Shown: positions 37,542 to 49,679 of the stretch, one piece after another | Layout: each line of letters begins with the position of its first letter | How positions within the stretch are numbered: the first letter of the stretch is position 1 | Origin: Botryllus schlosseri | Taxonomy: Eukaryota | Assembly (NCBI GenBank): GCA_051294905.1 | Contig: CM119371.1 | Span: forward strand, 1,118,001-1,182,000 | Reading direction: 5' to 3' | Length of the DNA: 64,000 nucleotides | Notes under the pieces: generated by a model | The model's database searches: none | What the model was told of the DNA's origin: nothing | What the model saw: only the letters and a program-made list of their open reading frames with translations | Made by a program: the position numbers and the translations under genes

Positions 37542-37655
37542 CTTTTTCCTGCATGATTTCGTCTCCAGCATCATCGTCCATCGGTAATTCCATTTCAAGT
37601 CAACAGCACAGTAACCCTCTAGGTCTTAGATTTTCATGTCATTTTAGGAGTGCAT
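37542..37655 (-). pseudogene. Paralog of exon 17228-17341 with two nonsense codons
   Basis: Same 114-bp length and splice sites; TGA at 37639-37641 and 37600-37602 where copy 1 has CGA. Confidence 0.5.
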
Positions 37656-38451
37656 CTGGTATCTAGCACCGAGTGTGGAAAACATTATTTTTGCATTATT
37701 CAGACACTGAAACCATTATGTGCTCACTCAACGATGAAGTTTAATTAGTTTCACATTCCCTGTTACAGTTAAGGTCATAAAACAGCATTATGAAGTAGTG
37801 AAGAGCGGATTATGATGTCTAATAACAGAATACAAGAAACTCTTGATACTGAAGGGAAAATTTTCAACAATCGAATGGGGTCAGGGGTCAATATCAGTCT
37901 TAGTAGCCTACCTCTTTCAAAATCGATCATGTGTGACATAAACTTGGAAAAATTTTAGCGGAATTCTGTCTACACAAAAATTAAGAAGTTACTTGTTATA
38001 TGAAAGCTGGTTGAGGGGAGAAAATATGACTCACATGCTTTGCTTTATAATATTTAATTGGTAGGCTAATAGGCCTAGTCTAAATCAACTCCGTACATAT
38101 ATACTCCTGAATCCAAGCTGTAATTCAGTTTCAGATCAAACAAAAATTAGATTGGGTATCAATAAAGTGTCAGATTTTGCATATATTTGGATCAAGACAT
38201 TACGAAGTATTTCTGAGTTGACGTGATTAAACAGCAATTTATTTTAACGGAATTACCGGTAGGCCAAAAGCGGTTATCAGGTTATCATATATAAAAACAA
38301 GCTTTTTCTGCTCATTTAATCGTGAAATGGAAGTTTTTTCAAGCTCATTTGAAATAATCTGTAAATGAGATACTCTGGCAATAAATAGTCGTTCTCATTG
38401 TTATGTTACATATTATGATTGTTTTTATCATGCAGGAGTTGAGGTAATAAG

Positions 38452-39500
38452 TAGGGCCATTTAAAGTCATTAAAGTCATATTTTTTTCTATGCATCAGTA
38501 AGTCGTGAAACCAATTTTAACGCAAAAACCGCATCCATATGGGGTATATTAAGAAAGTTATAAAGTCATATAAAGTCATATTTTCCTGGTTAGGTCATAT
38601 TTGAGTTATAAAGTCATATTGTTGTATACTTTGAATAAAAAGTGTCAATTGAAGCAATTACGCACTAAGAAAGTAAGGCAATTTCTGATTGAACGAAGGC
38701 AAACTGTTAGGTTAGCCTTAATAGCCTACATAACATTACAGTCGCAGACCTTTGAGGTCACACATTGCATTATGAGGTCACACAATCTGTTTCACTTCTG
38801 TGCACTGAAGTGGGACGTCATTTGAAGTTCGGAGACTTCCACAAGTGAAAGAAATAGTCAACGCATGGGAAGCTGAAGGAGTTATTGTAAAGAGCGTAAA
38901 AGATTCAGTCAACGATCCAAAGTTGACGAGTCAGTTAACAGAAATATGCCTCCACTACAACAATATTTCAAACTTGATACTGAAAATGGAAAGTTGTACG
39001 TACACTAGTAAAGAGGCTCATGCTGATCTAAATGCCCTCGATTTCGGAAAAGATCCGCTTGTGCTCAAAAATTACATTAAGAAGCGATTGGACAAAAACG
39101 ATGTGAAACAAATTATGGAACTACAAAGACAAGACATTTCACCAGCGCCGCATGCAAAACTGCAGAAGTGTCAACCAACATCAGCGTCTGTGGAGCGCTC
39201 ATTTTCCTTACTAAAGTCATTTTACGTCCAAATAACTAAAGTCATTCTTACGTCCAACTCGTAACTTTAAAGACTCCAACGTTCAACACTACATGAAACT
39301 GTAGCCTACTACAAAAGTGGTTTAAAATAAAAATGGATGTGTATTACTGTTATGTTGTTCATGTGTTACTCGTCAGTTCCATGAGTGACGTTGGTTACAT
39401 GTAAAAATACACGATTTTCGCATAAAGTCATATAAAGTCATATTTTCCCAAAAATAAAGTCATATAATTGATTTTTTAAGGTCATATAAAAATGGCCCTA
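38452..39500 (+). mobile_element. Internally deleted hAT element with transposase remnant
   Basis: TIR TAGGGCCATTT; 8-bp TSD GTAATAAG at 38444-38451 and 39501-39508; AAAGTCATA subterminal repeats. Confidence 0.92.
38845..39264 (+). pseudogene. hAT transposase C-terminal remnant
   Basis: 139-aa ORF containing CQPTSASVERSFSLLK, the hAT catalytic-E/dimerization motif. Confidence 0.8.
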
Positions 39501-41123
39501 GTAATAAGTTTAGGTACACAGCCATTAATGTCTCCTTCTCATTTCTGTTTATATCATAGGCTTGCTCCAAAACTTTTGTGAAGAGTTTCATATGAATTCT
39601 GTTGAAAAATAGAATATATATATATATATATATGATGAGTTCGATGCCAAAATACGTCTTACAGTAAGTGAGAAACTAGAATATGGAGCATAATTTTCAG
39701 CAAAATCACCACATTTTTATAATCTGAAATATTCCCTGTAGTCACAATTCTTATTAGTAAATAGCCTATTACATAAAAACTCAATTCCTAAGGATTCACG
39801 GGAGGTATAATACGACACTGTTTACCAAAATTTTCAAGTAAACAGAAATGATAGTGAGAATTATGAAATACTCTTGTGCATGTGTGATTTTCATGGGCTT
39901 TACCTTCAGCTACAATCATGGCTGGGCACCAAAGATCAATATTTTCTCACTGGCTTGCTGAATTTATCCATATATACAACATGGCAACATTCTCAGGTCT
40001 AAGTAGCTCATTTATACATACGCAAGTTCAGATCTGCATAAAAACAGCACTTGGATTTCACGGTAAAATGAGCAGAAACCTTGTTTTCATCATGCGATAA
40101 CTTGGAAACTTCATTCAAAATGGATAAGTGTAGCTATCTACTCAGCAATACCTTTCACGAGGTGATGAGTCAAATTTCAGCAAAATCTGAAACTCGATGG
40201 AGACCGAACTTCTCTTTGGTTCATTTGACATGGAATTACCTATATACATCAGCCACAAATAATCCAGTAAGCTGGCTTGATCATTCTTCATGGCTTAAGG
40301 TTGAAATTAATTGGGCTCACAGCATCATTTACATTCAGTAATTTTATTCCTGACCGAGGCAGGAAAGAACGATCGATACTCCATGGAAACTCGAAAATTA
40401 TGTTTGATAGAAGCTGTAAGCCAATATGGAATAGGAGTCTCGTGCAGACTAAAGACTCTACTGAATACACACAGGTGTGAAGCAAGACGCTTTTGAGAAC
40501 CGTCTCGGCACACCAAACATATCACGCTAAACGAATCAGGATTCCATTTTCGAGCATATTGATTGAATACATAAACACTTCATCCTTGCCGACGGCGATT
40601 TTCAGAGTCCGGGGTTACCGGTGTCGACTATCAAGCCATGACACCATTTCAAAAGATTTCACATCAGACCAAACCTTTCGTAACACACTGATGCAGCCAG
40701 AGGTCATCACAATTTCGAGTATGTAACCTCTATTCCTATCGATATACAAGACTGTACTATTGTATGTGAGCACAGTATAGAAGCGCGAAACGGTATGCCA
40801 ATTAAGCACAGGCCAACAATCAATCAACATCAAGTATCGTAGCTATAGGTTATCGGTTTACGCATTCGCCCATTCGGCATCCTGGAGATCCAGGTGTATC
40901 AGCACATCATTCTTTTTGGCTTTATCCCGTAATATAAGTGAGTCAGCCTGTACTCTGAAACATATTAGCTATATTTCCAACGTCCGATCGAATTAAAACT
41001 AATAGTAGAACACTCGATCAGCTGATTTCATTCCATGTTTTGACTCAGAGCCATTCATGCACGTGAGACATTAGCTCCACCACGCGGAAGAACGAAAGGC
41101 GTCAAGCTGATAACACTATAGAA

Positions 41124-43022
41124 CAGGGGCGGGCAACTTCTCCGGTCGGCGGGCCGGATATGGGAAAATGAAGCACTTGGCGGGCCGGATTACAGAATAT
41201 ATACATTATACATTATACCTCAATCGCGTATTTATCCACCTATACAAGGAATCCATTGTATTTAATGCAAACTTCAAGTTTAAAGCATAGAGTCTAAAAA
41301 CAGTATTTCAGCAGGTATTGAAGTCAATCAGAGATCTGCGGTCGTCCAATATTGTCATCTAGTTTTTTGAACTCTGCTTACATGTCGTATGCGAAAACCC
41401 TTACTAAAGACTGCACGCGAACATCAGTTATATTGGAACGCGGCCTTCCTCGTTAATGTTCGTGGTAGTGTTGGGATCAAGTCATTCCCTTCGAGTCACA
41501 AGTCATCTCGAGTCATTGCACATTTTTACTCGAGTCAAGTCAAGTCACTTGATTTTCAAAGGTGACTCGGGTCATGTCAAGTCACTCGATTTTTGAAGGT
41601 GACTCTAGTCAAGGCAAGTCACTAGTGAAGTCCAGTTGAAATTTCAAAGTACTAGACATGATTCAAAGTCATTACATTTTGCTAACTGTTTTAAATACAG
41701 ATGAATTACCTATTTATTCGGAATCGACGAACGAATAAACAGTTTGTTTGTTTATTTTGAGATATTCATGGTGTTTTTCGACTACTACGGTCATTTACAC
41801 CATGTCAATATTCTTCATATTTCTTCCTCAACTGCCGACTTATAGCACGGCCCACTTCTAGGCTTTGCGTAAGACACCGCTTACGCGGATTAAGTGGCGA
41901 GGAGTAATGGAATGAAGAGTTGATTTTACTCGCAAAAGGCGCAGTATCGCTCACGCATACGCAGAACTGCTCAACAACGCAAGTATAGCGGTGTATCCTC
42001 AGTCTTCAAATATCAGCCAAAATACAGGATAACATACGAAACCTCAGAAATTTAAAAATGATATAGTTCAATACCCTACCCACCTACTCATCAACGACAT
42101 ACAATTATAAACGTATGAGCGATATTCGTTTGATTTAAATTATATACAAGAGGGCTGGTTGAGTTGAGCAAGTGTACGACAACGTAAGCTGTTGTATAAG
42201 CTCCGATCACTGCGTTTGCGATCAATTTATTAGTGATATAACGATGGTGGTTTGGCGAGCTTATACAAGATACAGCGATTTAGTAAACATCAATTACTTG
42301 ATGACTTTAAATTGACTCGTGAATATTGCTTCGAGTCACGAGTCAATCTACATTTCTGAAGCGTCGAGTCAAGTCAAGTCATTTTTCCAAGGTGACTCGA
42401 GTCAAGTCAAGTCATACGAAAAAGGTGACTCGACTCATCATGGTTCATGGTATTATTATTATTATTATTGACATTTTTACAGTGGTGCTTCTCGCCTTTT
42501 CCAGGCTATGTGCACCACGACAGTAATTTTGGTAATGTTCATTTCTTTGACTTTGGTAATCTTGGGGACGACTTCTTCATTCTTTCTCTCTGTCAATCAT
42601 CATGCTCTCTCACACCCATGCGTCCCCGTCGTGGTCTTTGAAGCACGGCTCACTTTCAGTCTGGGCTTTTCAATGCACTGCAACCGCAGTGAGGTCGGCG
42701 ATGAGGAGCCCAGAGAAACATAGAAGTTGGTCCGAACCGGGATTCGAACCACGACCATTGGTGTCGTGACGCTGGCGATTAACCAACTGCGCCACTCGCT
42801 TCCTATGGTTCATGGTAGAAAATGTAAGTAGACCCGAACTGAGCAAGTAGTTTAATGTCCATCTTTCTCAGGTTCGCAAACTTGGATTCATTCTGTGACG
42901 CATAAAATTTGTCAATACATTCACAATAAAATTTCACTTTCAGAGTAAAAACTCTCGGCGGGCCGGACAAAATCCCTTCGCGGGCCGGATCCGGCCCGCG
43001 GGCCGTAAGTTGCCCGCCCCTG
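41124..43022 (+). mobile_element. Non-autonomous hAT (Charlie-like) element with nested inserts
   Basis: TIR CAGGGGCGGGCAACTT; 8-bp TSD CTATAGAA at 41116-41123 and 43023-43030; GGGCCGG subterminal repeats. Confidence 0.92.
42453..42804 (-). mobile_element. tRNA-derived SINE
   Basis: Minus-strand A box TGGCGCAGTTGG, B box GGTTCGAATCC, (AAT)n tail; 13-bp TSD ATGGTTCATGGTA at 42440-42452 and 42805-42817. Confidence 0.92.
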
Positions 43023-43023
43023 C

Positions 43024-43610
43024 TATAGAATGTAAACGTGGAATGGCAGCGACCGATTTTGCAGCTTCGTTTCGCTTCGCTGAAGCTTTACTCAGACTTA
43101 TTTTACGGCAGCTACTGTAGGATTTCTGGCAATCCAAAAGTTGTCTTCCAGAGCTCAGAATTTACTGAATCTGGTCTTGATCGAAAGCTACTATCGCACT
43201 GATTCCTAAAATATAAATAAAAATATGATCAGGCACTGAACCGATTAGAATTCGCCCTTCAAGTCTGAATTATCGGCATTGTCCGAACAATCGAAGAGCC
43301 GCAATGGGTCATTGTTATGGTCATTGTTTTACGGTCATCCGATTGTTCTGAACAATGCAGATTTTAGATGTTGAGGGTGGTTTTTCATCTCAGTACGGTG
43401 CTTCACCATATTTTGATTGATATTTTCGAAATCAGTGCGACAGTAGCTTTCCATCAAGACCGGATTCAGTAAATTCTGAGCTCTGGAAGACAACTTTTGG
43501 ATTGCCAGAAATTCTACAGTAGCTGCCGTAAAATAAGTCTGAGTAAAGCTTCAGCGAAGCGGAACGAAGCTGCAAAATCGGTAGCTGCCATTCCACGTTT
43601 ACATTCTATA
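43024..43610. mobile_element. Palindromic MITE, P-superfamily-like
   Basis: Near-perfect inverted repeats of at least 180 bp starting TATAGAATGTAAACGTGG; 7-bp TSD ATAACAC at 41110-41116 and 43611-43617 once the nested hAT is removed. Confidence 0.85.
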
Positions 43611-44539
43611 ATAACACTCATGCAGTTCGATATCACATTTCCTTCATAATCTATTTGGTTTCGTCATCTCTGCGAATTTTATTATCACGTACACATCAAT
43701 ATCATCGGATCAGTCCATAAGCCAACATTTAAATAGGGCATGTATTATAAACATTTAAAATAACTATACGGCCAGAAAGGTGAGGAGCCATCGATGCATG
43801 ATGCCCTTGGAAACCGAGGAGACCGCTTTCCTAGTAACAGCTTTGTATATATCGTTTTGCACTTCTCCGGTCGGTGGCCGGATATGGGAAAATTAAGCTC
43901 TTGGCGGGCCAGATTACAGAATATATACATTATACCTTAATCGCGTCAACTTCCTCGTTCGGCGCCAAAAATACCGAATCTTACTCCACATTGCCAGGTG
44001 GTTAAGTAAAAAAAAGGTTAACTTTCCGCCTAGCTTCCGAAATACCCGCCGTAGCGTCACTTCGGTGCTGATTTACGGCATATCAGTTGCATTTTGCTTA
44101 AATGTGACCTAAATTCTCAAAAAAGAGGACAAAAGGGCGTCCTCCGAGGACACTTAAAAAAAAGAGGACAAAGACTTTAAAGAGGACGTATGGTAACCCC
44201 ACTTTAGTAAATACTGCAGAGAGAGAGAGAGAGAACATCAGTTATATTGGAACACAACCCTCTTCGTTAATGTTCGTGGCAGTGTTGGGATTAATTCACT
44301 GCCTTCGAATCGCAAGTCATCTCGAGTCATTGCACATTTTGACTCGAGTCAAGTCTATTCACTTGATTTTCATATAGGTGACAAGAGTCGAGTCAATAAG
44401 TCACTCGATTTTTGGAGGTGACCCGAGTCACGTCGAGTCAAGTAACTAGTCAAGTCAAGTTTAAATTTTAAAGTACTAGGCATGATGATGATTCAAAGTC
44501 ATTACTAGGGCGATTTTTTTTTTGACAGAGAGAGAGAGA

Positions 44540-45900
44540 GAGAGAATTTATTCGGTCCATATGAACATATAATACACAGATAGATAAATACAAAGCAAAG
44601 TATATATAATTCAGAACCAGGCTGTAGCGAAGGGATCGGGAGATCATCAAGTCAGCTACAGCCTGAAAGCCTGATATGTCAAAAAAAGTCAAATTTTTTT
44701 TATTTAAAAAAATAGCCATTTTCACTCCACCCTACAACGCATGCCTATTGACATTCCAACATTTAACGACAAATGACGATACATATCCTCACATCTTCAA
44801 CAAGTCTACCTACCTCTAATTCGAATCAAGTTCTGGCACATGAAACGATTGTCTGGCATTCATCCTGATTGCTACGCAAACTTTTGTCACATTGTACGCA
44901 TTCGTGTAAAATACATTGTCTCTCCATATCCCGATAACCCCCAAAAATGCAAGGCTCAAATAACTGATTAATATTTATTTCAAATCAATTCTATACATTT
45001 CATAACATGAAAACACAGCCCAATACAACTTAAAATCACGGAAATTCGAGCCACTACTCTCCAAATGTAAGATGAAGATACTTATCAGGAGTCATTAATA
45101 TTACTCTGAGTTATGAATTGTAGATGATGTCAGTGTAATTGCATATTAGTCACAATGGACAGTAAGAGTATTTTATGGAATGTCAAGCAGCAAATCATAA
45201 TATCTCAGTAAAAAGGGAATATTGAATCACATTCATAAGACTATCTGAAATTTCGATTGTTATGGATTGACAATTTGCCTCTTTTTCAGTTAACTATGGT
45301 GCATTAAGTCATTTAGAATCAATTAATCAGATATCAATAATAAACGAGCACATCAAGAGGTATAAGCCAATTATATTATGCTTGAAGCAGTTAGAAACAT
45401 CAAGGTAGCAAAAAACATGGTCTTGGTCATGGAATCAAGAAAAATCGTTGCCTTGAATTGCAGCGACCGTGATTCTACAGAATAAAATCAAGGTCATGAA
45501 ATATCTTGCTAATGGAAGTTCTCAACTCGGGAAGTTTACCATTCAACACTCTCCTGAAGTCGACTGTACTAAAGATATGGAGAAAGATTACAAAGATCAT
45601 GATGGAGCATGGAGAATCCTACATAATTGATATTACAATGGATTTCATACACTACACTACATTTATTTTCAACAAAATTTTACATTTTTATATTTTTTTG
45701 TTTTTTTTTTAAAGTATTTAATTACTATCATAATACATCACACAAAACATAACAACACTACACACTACACACTGCACATCTAATATTATAACATTTTTTT
45801 TTTATCATTTTTCCATGTTTATATATTTTTTGTAACTTCTATTATAATCAATTATTTTAAGGTGTAACACGATGAAATACATTTATTTATTTTATCCCGC
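44540..45900. mobile_element. Degraded non-LTR retrotransposon fragments
   Basis: Plus-strand ...KDHDGAWRILHN (L1/Tx1 zf-RVT-like) near 45590-45630; minus-strand FVVKCWNVNR near 44745-44775; poly-T and (GA)n tails. Confidence 0.35.
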
Positions 45901-46324
45901 TATTCGATTATACCTTGCGAATCAATCATTATAATAGCGGAAAATCAACAGGATGACGGCTTGAACTCTACTGTAGTAAAACCATCTGCACATTGAACTC
46001 AACTTAAACCTTCATTTTCGGAAATATTTAGGATCGACGTGACGCTTACGGTATTGCCATTGTTTTCGTCGAATTGTGAATTTTTTTTGGCAACTGTTTT
46101 GCTTACCTAATTGTGAAATGCAATATGCACAATATAAATAACATCGTGAAATTGCATCAACTAAACATGAAATAGCCAGTTTAAATTCGTAAATGAAACG
46201 CGGTAATTCTACTCTCCATATTTCAATTTTGCTGATGAGGCTCTTGTACACGATCAACGATGTTGCATCTGTGGTCTTCTCTAAAAGTGACTGAAAAACA
46301 AGTATCTCTGAATAAATCAATATC

Positions 46325-47830
46325 CTAATTCCTCAATCACGTCTGCAAACGATTCGGACTATGAGCCGGAGAGAGACTGATCACGCGGGCATGTCATTAC
46401 ACTACACAAAATAAAATTGGACTTTTTGTAGATGACCAGCATGGGCTCATAGTCGGATAGATTTTAGGGATTTAATCTACAGGTGGATTTTCCATTTATA
46501 TTTTCGCGAGACGATTCTAAGGTATCTTGGGCACACAATTCAATATATGGTAACATATTTAGTCAGTACTCCCATTTCATGAAAATAAACCTGCACGCAA
46601 CACATCGTATCCCAGGGAGCAGTTTGGGGGACACGGTTTACTTGTTAGAGTACATTTTTGACAGTTTACATTTCAATTAGGGAAATTGCGGTGCAGTTAA
46701 CAATGTCAAGTATCAATGTCACTTAAAAATAATCTCTACAGCTTTTTTTGATAGAAATTATATTTTTAATGCCACTAAGATCATCTCTATGAGTGGAAAA
46801 TTCATCCAAACTAGGGACTTACGTTTCTTCTTCAAGGTAGCCTAAAATAGGTAACGATAAGCGCACTACTATCATACTTAGATAATTAGACAACTCTAGT
46901 TGTCTAATCAGACTAGTTTGAGCGAAATGCCGGTAATCTAATTTGAATCTAGTTTGTGAAATGATTCTCTGCTCTAATTCTCATCTAATTTGTCAAATTT
47001 TTATATGTTCTCATTTTAATCAAACCCTGTGAATGCTACTGAGAGAACTGTATCGTGCGAAACGAGTCAAACTTATTTCACAGACATTTTCTATTATGCT
47101 CATAAGAATAAACCATGATTTGATAGTAATGGAACTGGATTCAATGACCTAGTTTTTGCGGATTCAGTAATTTTAATTCCAATCTAATTTGGAAAAATGT
47201 AAAATTGTACCTGCAGTTTTAATGTATTTCAACACCTTGTTTCATGAAAAGTATATTTTTAATGCCACTAGGATCACCTGTACGAGTGGAAAATTCATCT
47301 AAAATAGGTACGTGCGTTTTATCTTCAAGGTTGCCTAAAATAGGTGACGATAAGCGTACTCCTATCAGATTTGGACAATTAAATAAATATACTTGTTTAA
47401 TTAGACTAAATACCGCTAAATGCATGTCATCTAATTCAAATATAATTTGTGCAATGATTCTTTGCCCTGATTCTGTGAAATTTTTAGATGTTCCCACTTC
47501 AACGCAAAGCCTATCTCTAGTTTTCCTGTAAATGATACTGAGAGAACTGTATAGTGCCAAACGAGCCAAGCTTATGGACAGACATTTGCATTTGCATTTG
47601 ATAGTAAAGGAACTGGATTCAATGACATAGTTTTTTGCGGATTGGGTAATTCTAATTACAATCTAATTTGGAAAAATGTATAGCTCTAACTATTGTTTTC
47701 ATGTATTTTGAGAAAATTAATGCGATAATTATAATTCTTCTATAATTTGGAAAAAAACTGCGTAGCGGCAATTTTTATTCTACTATATGTTGGAAAAAAT
47801 TGTAACTGTAATTTCAGTTTGAATTCGAAT
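46325..47830 (+). repeat. Family D repeat with an internal tandem duplication of about 490 bp
   Basis: 46760-47240 matches 47250-47710; inverted relative to 34044-34925. Confidence 0.8.
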
Positions 47831-49326
47831 TTGCAAAAGAAGGATATCTATCAGACGACCGAGTCTGACTGGAAATTAATCTGAAATCTTGTTGATTTGC
47901 AGCACAATTATTAAGCACATTCAAGACGAAGTTTACAAAAAATTTGTAAGTTGTCACTTGCGATTACCGAGGAAAAGTAGTCGACAACCAGTCCCAGTAA
48001 TAATATTTGAAATGCACTCCAGTACTTTTCAAACTTTCATTTACACTATTGCTACATGTACCTGAGTAAAAAAATGAACGGGATAATTCCAACTTTAGTT
48101 CGAGCTTAATCAAAGACTATTTCGATAGTCTCATTAAAAATTATGTGACAACATATTACGACCAATAATTATATTTATTTCACCCCCAGCAGCTAAACAA
48201 TCTCTACGCAATATTTCTCGAATTACGCCGCATTGACATATGAATTCTTCGAGTATCTCATCAAATCTCAGTTTCATAATACGACATATATTTCTCCCGA
48301 TGAAATGAAATCTGTGTGGTCTGAATGCAGCAAGTAACCATGAATTGAAGTGACGCATTACTGCCGAAGATCAACTTTAGTAGATATTGACAGAGGTGGT
48401 CAGTAACCAACTAACTCCACTTTTTCAAAGTATAAAAGTACGTTTTGCCCACTTACACTACTTACTTAAGTAGTTATTACTTCAGACTACTTCTACTTCT
48501 ATTTGACAAATTTCATTTTTTTCAGCAAAACTAGGAGTGATGTGAAAAGTATGTTGCGACTCGATCCGAAACGATGCATGACAGCGCTATTATATTCTTG
48601 CAGAATAAACGAAGTCTTTTTTCCACAAAGCTACGTGTGAGGCACCACGTGTCAACGTTACGATGTCACTATCCGACATCACATCAGTTAATATTGTATA
48701 ATAATTTATATAATACACAGTTTGCGTCACAATATTTCTCAGCTGTTGTTTGAAACCGGATGTGCATGAGAATGGATCGACGATGTAATGGAAGGATAAA
48801 TCTCAACTCTCATTTTAGAACGGTCAGACTTCGCAACATTAACTCACCTATCATAAAAATCCACGTCGAGTCGCGTCCAGGCATCCGGATCTCGGAACAC
48901 TGAAATAAGAAATAAGTTATATAGTCTAAAATGCGTGTTAGCAAAAGATGCGTGCATCCTATGAATTGTGCTCTGTTGCTGAGCCTATTGCGTGATATCT
49001 GAAACAGTCATCAGGTTCAAAGATAGTTGAAATCACCAAAAATATAAATGATTGGGTCCTACGATACACGGTGGTTTAGTAATGGTGAGCAAGCGTACGG
49101 ACTTGCGCTTATCAACTATTTTAAATCCGAATCCTATTCCTGCTGATACATTCAAATCCAAGTACAAATCCATATTTTATTTTGTCTAGCATCCATATCT
49201 ACGTCCGATTCGGTAATGGATGATCCTTGATCAAAAAGTCGCATGGAAATAAAAGTTACGTGAAATTCTATGTCAAAGTACGGATGAAAATCCATCTTCG
49301 AATGAATCATAAACCATTATATAAAG

Positions 49327-49679
49327 CAGTGGTCCCCAACGTGAGCGATTTGGCGGTCTAGGTAGCGAAAATGATGAAGGGTCCGATAGGGGGCGGAAAT
49401 AGCGAAGGGGACGATAGGGGGGGGGGCGATGGCGCGTTAAAACGGCTATATTGGAGTCAAGTCGGAAAAATGACCTTTTTTTAGTCAACCTAAAAAAATT
49501 TAGCTGCAAAAGTGTAAAACTTCGATATCGAGCCGAAAAGTTGACCTTTTTTTTTTTATTTCAACCCGCAGGTGATCACAGTTTGTATGCCAATTTTTCG
49601 GTTCACAAAATTTGGGGGGCGATGATCGGTGTGATGCTTGAAAAGGGGGCGATGAGTCGAAAAAGGTCGAGAACCACTG
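49327..49679 (+). mobile_element. Charlie-like hAT MITE (family F)
   Basis: CAGTGGTCCCCAAC...GAGAACCACTG; TSD ATATAAAG/ATCTAAAG; GGGGCGA repeats. Confidence 0.85.

Larger units (their letters stand above)
34926..44480 (+). repeat. Segmental duplication, copy 2
   Basis: Same blocks in the same order as 16131-23180 but with different TE insertions. Confidence 0.88.

Noticed and set aside
40340..41100. Possible transposase or gene fragment (KHFILADGDF)
   Set aside because: All frames are interrupted, and the motif is too short to assign
42730..42804. tRNA gene
   Set aside because: It is followed by a body, an (AAT)n tail and a 13-bp TSD, so it is a SINE head; the same applies to 22520-22595
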